Below are positions 27,116-29,931 of a stretch of 29,931 bases of DNA, one piece after another. A program made the position numbers and the translations under genes. The stretch is from Oligoflexus sp. (GTDB lineage Bacteria > Bdellovibrionota_B > Oligoflexia > Oligoflexales > Oligoflexaceae), in the NCBI GenBank assembly GCA_041736305.1, contig JBGSTX010000204.1, forward strand, positions 1 through 29,931. Direction: 5' to 3'. Under the pieces are notes generated by a model. That model saw nothing but the letters and a program-made list of their open reading frames with translations. It searched no databases and was not told where the DNA came from. Each line of letters opens with the position of its first letter. The stretch's first letter is position 1.

Positions 27116-27519
27116 ATGCGACAGGAGATGTCATTCCAACCTGATAAACCCAGCATTTGCATGACCCAGACCGCTTCCACTGAGGAAGAAGAGCGTCAAT
27201 TTAGCGCTCTAGAGTTCATCCAGCAAAGCTCAAAAAACCCACGACGCGGGCAAACCATCCCATGGTGGCCATGGGTGCTGCCGTGAGCGTAAGCAGGCTC
27301 TGGATGAAGACGCCTCGCTTGGCAACGGCGAGGTCGATACCCGAGGCCGAGGTGAAAAACTGTTGGCGGATAGATTTCGTTGAGAAGCTGGTGCTCTATT
27401 TTGCCAATGGCGAGCGCTATGAGTATGTACTCCCCATAGACTCTGATGATTCCTGTCTCGACATTGAAGTGGATCCCACGGCAATATCCCAGGTTCGCTT
27501 TCTCAAGCTAGCCGTCTAG
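27116..27519 (+). other. Small hypothetical gene split across two frames (27116-27286 and a -1 frame ending at 27519)
   Basis: AGGAG RBS then ATG 27116; in-phase A-AAA-AAC at 27232-27238; the -1 frame is open from 27205 to TAG at 27519. Confidence 0.45.
27383..27432 (+). repeat. 50-bp direct repeat, copy 2
   Basis: 48/50 identical to 24945-24994. Confidence 0.95.
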
Positions 27520-27668
27520 AGCTTAAGAAGTCTTGTTCAAGTATAGGTGATTCAAATCTGTCCTGATCTTATGTCAACACCACTTCCTTCAAATTTACCA
27601 ACTATCAAAATCACCCTAATTCCTTTATGATTTAGAAAAATTTCTAAAGGTTTCCCTGGGAGGTGAAT

Positions 27669-29357
27669 ATGTCTCTGGTCAAGAACCTTTCTATCTCAAT
27701 TGCATCACTGTTTGCAGTATTTCCTAGGACAGGCAGAGCTGATGTTCGTAGTGAACTTCTCCGTCCTGATCTGCGCGAGGCAGATGAAATCTTTGCCGAG
27801 CGATCTCTTCTCATGTCCCACAGCCGCATCTTGCGACATCCTAAGGCGGGGGCTGGCGAGCCCTGGTCGTTTGGAGGAGTGATGAAAGAGCTGGCTCGTG
27901 CTCACTTTCGCAAGAAGGATGTGAGTGCCGAGGAGTTCAATGCCTTTGTCAGGCAGTGGCTTCAGAGCTTTGAGTCCCAGAGACCAGGAATACGTACACA
28001 TCTGACCTGTCTTTGGGCTCTTGGCAAAGCCGACCCTAAAGGCGATTGCAATACTGTCCTCCTTAGGCCTGAGAATGCCCCTTTCAAACTTCTGGCTGCT
28101 AATTATCGCCCAGATTTTGCAAAAGAATCCTGCGAGGGAGAAGCTGGCGAATTCCGTCTCACTTACGGACTCACGCTCGATGTGCCACGCGGTCGTCATC
28201 CTGCAGATCTTCCCGGCGAGGAGATGACTCTCATCTTTGAATACGATCTAGCCAAAGTCAACTCCCCACTCCGTCCAGGAGATTGGGCAATGAGCTTTGA
28301 AAAGTTGAGCAGCCCGGATCTCTGCAGTGACTTCTGCGGAAGCTATCTGCAACAGTTCGACCGCATCATGGAGCGAGTGACTCAGTATGATCCAAGTTCA
28401 AGCCAAAATCCTCCTATAGCTCTCGGCCAATTACGAAGCAATGAACTGGTGGGCGATCCACTCTTTACCCCTGCTTTGAGCGCGAGCCTCCGTGCAATCG
28501 CCGACAGTCTGAGCCAGTGCTATCTCGATTTAGTGCGAAGTGCCGAGAATCCCCTCTTGGGCCTGCAAGTCTGCTCTAAAAATATAGTTGTCCCCGCGGG
28601 GCCTACAGCGCAAGCGGTCCATCTCATCAAAAACGTCGTTGATACAGTCATCACACTGGCTCAAAAGCCAGGCGCGCTGCCGATTCCTAAAAACCTCGTT
28701 TCGATCTTGACTGAAGTGCTCGCTGGTGTATCAAATCGAATATTCCCACGCTGGGAAATGCGCGAAGCGGAGCTCAACTCTTTTGGACTCCAGGGGCGCA
28801 TGACCAAAGATACGCCTGACCTTCGCCTCAACAATTCGGTTCAGCTGCGGGATTTCGTCAACCAACACGAGGTCGCTATCTTAGACGGAAGCGTCAATCT
28901 CAATCTTGAAATGGATCGTCTCGGTCTGCAAAGAGATTTTCAGCCCCTCGTCAATCCTTTCGATCCCTGGCGCTTCAACAAAGTCGCTGGTCTGTCAACG
29001 GATATGGTTCAGGATGCCCGGTTACGCTCAAAATTTGCGCAGCTCACATGCGGTGGCTGTCATGCCACGCAGGCGGGCACAAATGGGTTGCTTTCCGTTC
29101 TGACCGATATCCTGACTCATGCTCCTCATACGGGAGAGCTACTCGCTTATGCGAATACGCTTTTACAAGAACATAAGGCAGCAGACCTGCACCTAGAGAA
29201 CATCGATGCTTTCTATATGATATCGCCCATACGCAATCCGGGATTCGCTGGGCAGGCTCATCTAGCTCGCTTTCTGACCAAGGATGGAGGTGACCTCGAT
29301 AAGCGCGCTGTTAAGATGCTAGAGCTAGTGGATGGAGTGGGTGCGTGTAGGCTTTAA
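27669..29357 (+). CDS. Secreted hypothetical protein with a single C-terminal CxxCH (putative c-type cytochrome)
   Basis: GGGAGG RBS then ATG 27669; signal-peptide-like N-terminus; TCGGCH; blocks APFKLLA, GEFRLTYG, LIFEY, QLRSNE and WEMRE. Confidence 0.7.
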   Translation: MSLVKNLSISIASLFAVFPRTGRADVRSELLRPDLREADEIFAERSLLMSHSRILRHPKAGAGEPWSFGGVMKELARAHFRKKDVSAEEFNAFVRQWLQSFESQRPGIRTHLTCLWALGKADPKGDCNTVLLRPENAPFKLLAANYRPDFAKESCEGEAGEFRLTYGLTLDVPRGRHPADLPGEEMTLIFEYDLAKVNSPLRPGDWAMSFEKLSSPDLCSDFCGSYLQQFDRIMERVTQYDPSSSQNPPIALGQLRSNELVGDPLFTPALSASLRAIADSLSQCYLDLVRSAENPLLGLQVCSKNIVVPAGPTAQAVHLIKNVVDTVITLAQKPGALPIPKNLVSILTEVLAGVSNRIFPRWEMREAELNSFGLQGRMTKDTPDLRLNNSVQLRDFVNQHEVAILDGSVNLNLEMDRLGLQRDFQPLVNPFDPWRFNKVAGLSTDMVQDARLRSKFAQLTCGGCHATQAGTNGLLSVLTDILTHAPHTGELLAYANTLLQEHKAADLHLENIDAFYMISPIRNPGFAGQAHLARFLTKDGGDLDKRAVKMLELVDGVGACRL

Positions 29358-29677
29358 CATCCTGGACCGTAATTCTCCAGCCATAGTTCGTCCCGAGCCG
29401 GCGACCCTATCGTCGCAGGCTAGGGACTCAAAAGTTCAATTTGCCTTTGACAATGGAACACAAGACAAAGTCTTTCGGCTCATTTTGCGAGAACTTCTTG
29501 AGCAGCTGTGGATCCGGCCTGTGAATAATCGCTATGCGTATTTTACTTGAGAGTCAGGGGTATCCAATCTTTCCTCGGCAATGGGAGGCCTTGCCATATA
29601 GCTTATCTGCTGACGCAGGCTTTGCCGATCTTCACGGGTCACCATACGAGCTGCGTGGAGGAACAGTTGATAGCTAA

Positions 29678-29890
29678 CAGCCTGTCCGAAAAATCCAAAA
29701 CTTCAAAGTCCTAAGACTTTTGCGTGATGTTATGCGCCTCAAGAGCCCTCATCCAACCCCTGCGGATCTTATCTTCGCGGACCTGGCTTGCTGGCAGCAA
29801 GACAATCGGTACAGCCCCCTCATCGAGGCTATACGCTGCGAGGGAAAGCTTCTTTATTCTTCTCCTGCTTTGAAGGAGGTCTCCACATGA
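29678..29890 (+). pseudogene. C-terminal remnant of a minimal nucleotidyltransferase (MNT)
   Basis: Hand translation gives ...PTPADLIFAD...SPLIEAIRCEGKLLY... The frame is closed upstream by TAA 29675-29677 and there is no in-frame GS-X10-DxD. The stop overlaps the next ATG (ATGA). Confidence 0.6.
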
Positions 29891-29931
29891 CCCCACCGAA
29901 AGCTCGACTTTATAAAAAGGATTATGCTCTT
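29887..29931 (+). CDS. Partial gene (5' end only), possibly a HEPN-domain protein
   Basis: AAGGAGG RBS, MTPPKARLYKKDYAL...; ATGA-coupled to the MNT remnant. The family call rests mainly on context. Confidence 0.45.
   Translation, partial: MTPPKARLYKKDYAL

Noticed and set aside
29358..29677. Short open frames on both strands after the CxxCH gene
   Set aside because: Fragmentary, with no RBS or recognisable motif; probably decayed sequence that cannot be assigned.

Overview
Bacterial chromosomal window of moderately high GC. The gene content suggests an aerobic Bdellovibrionota/Oligoflexia- or Myxococcota-like organism (inference only). Bases 1-23.5 kb are mostly housekeeping: a partial DsbD-N-like gene, a stand-alone rplX, a MauG/CCP-family di-heme protein divergent from a caa3-type cytochrome c oxidase operon (coxBAC, subunit IV, ctaG), tRNA-Asp(GTC), a BaiN-like flavoprotein, a secreted amidohydrolase, a DUF2721 protein, groES-groEL with a His/acidic tail, a rimB-rimK pair followed by a divergent DisA_N/DAC-fold gene (rimK carries an in-frame TAG), hsp20, Spy/CpxP, a Wza-like lipoprotein, a gluQ-thiL-SprT/DUF2786-methyltransferase-propeller operon and murI. 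Bases 23.5-29.9 kb are an accessory, partly decayed region: a thioredoxin-C13 peptidase fusion, an intact mntA with a truncated hepT, an IscB with a complete upstream omegaRNA but apparently no distal transposon end, a small gene split at an A-AAA-AAC site with a 50-bp degraded copy 2.4 kb away, a secreted CxxCH protein, and a second broken MNT-HEPN-like pair at the window edge. The best leads are the rimB-rimK-DAC-fold operon, the IscB/omegaRNA element that ends at a TAM-like motif next to an orphan antitoxin, and the displaced rplX. All family calls come from motif recognition by eye; no searches were run.
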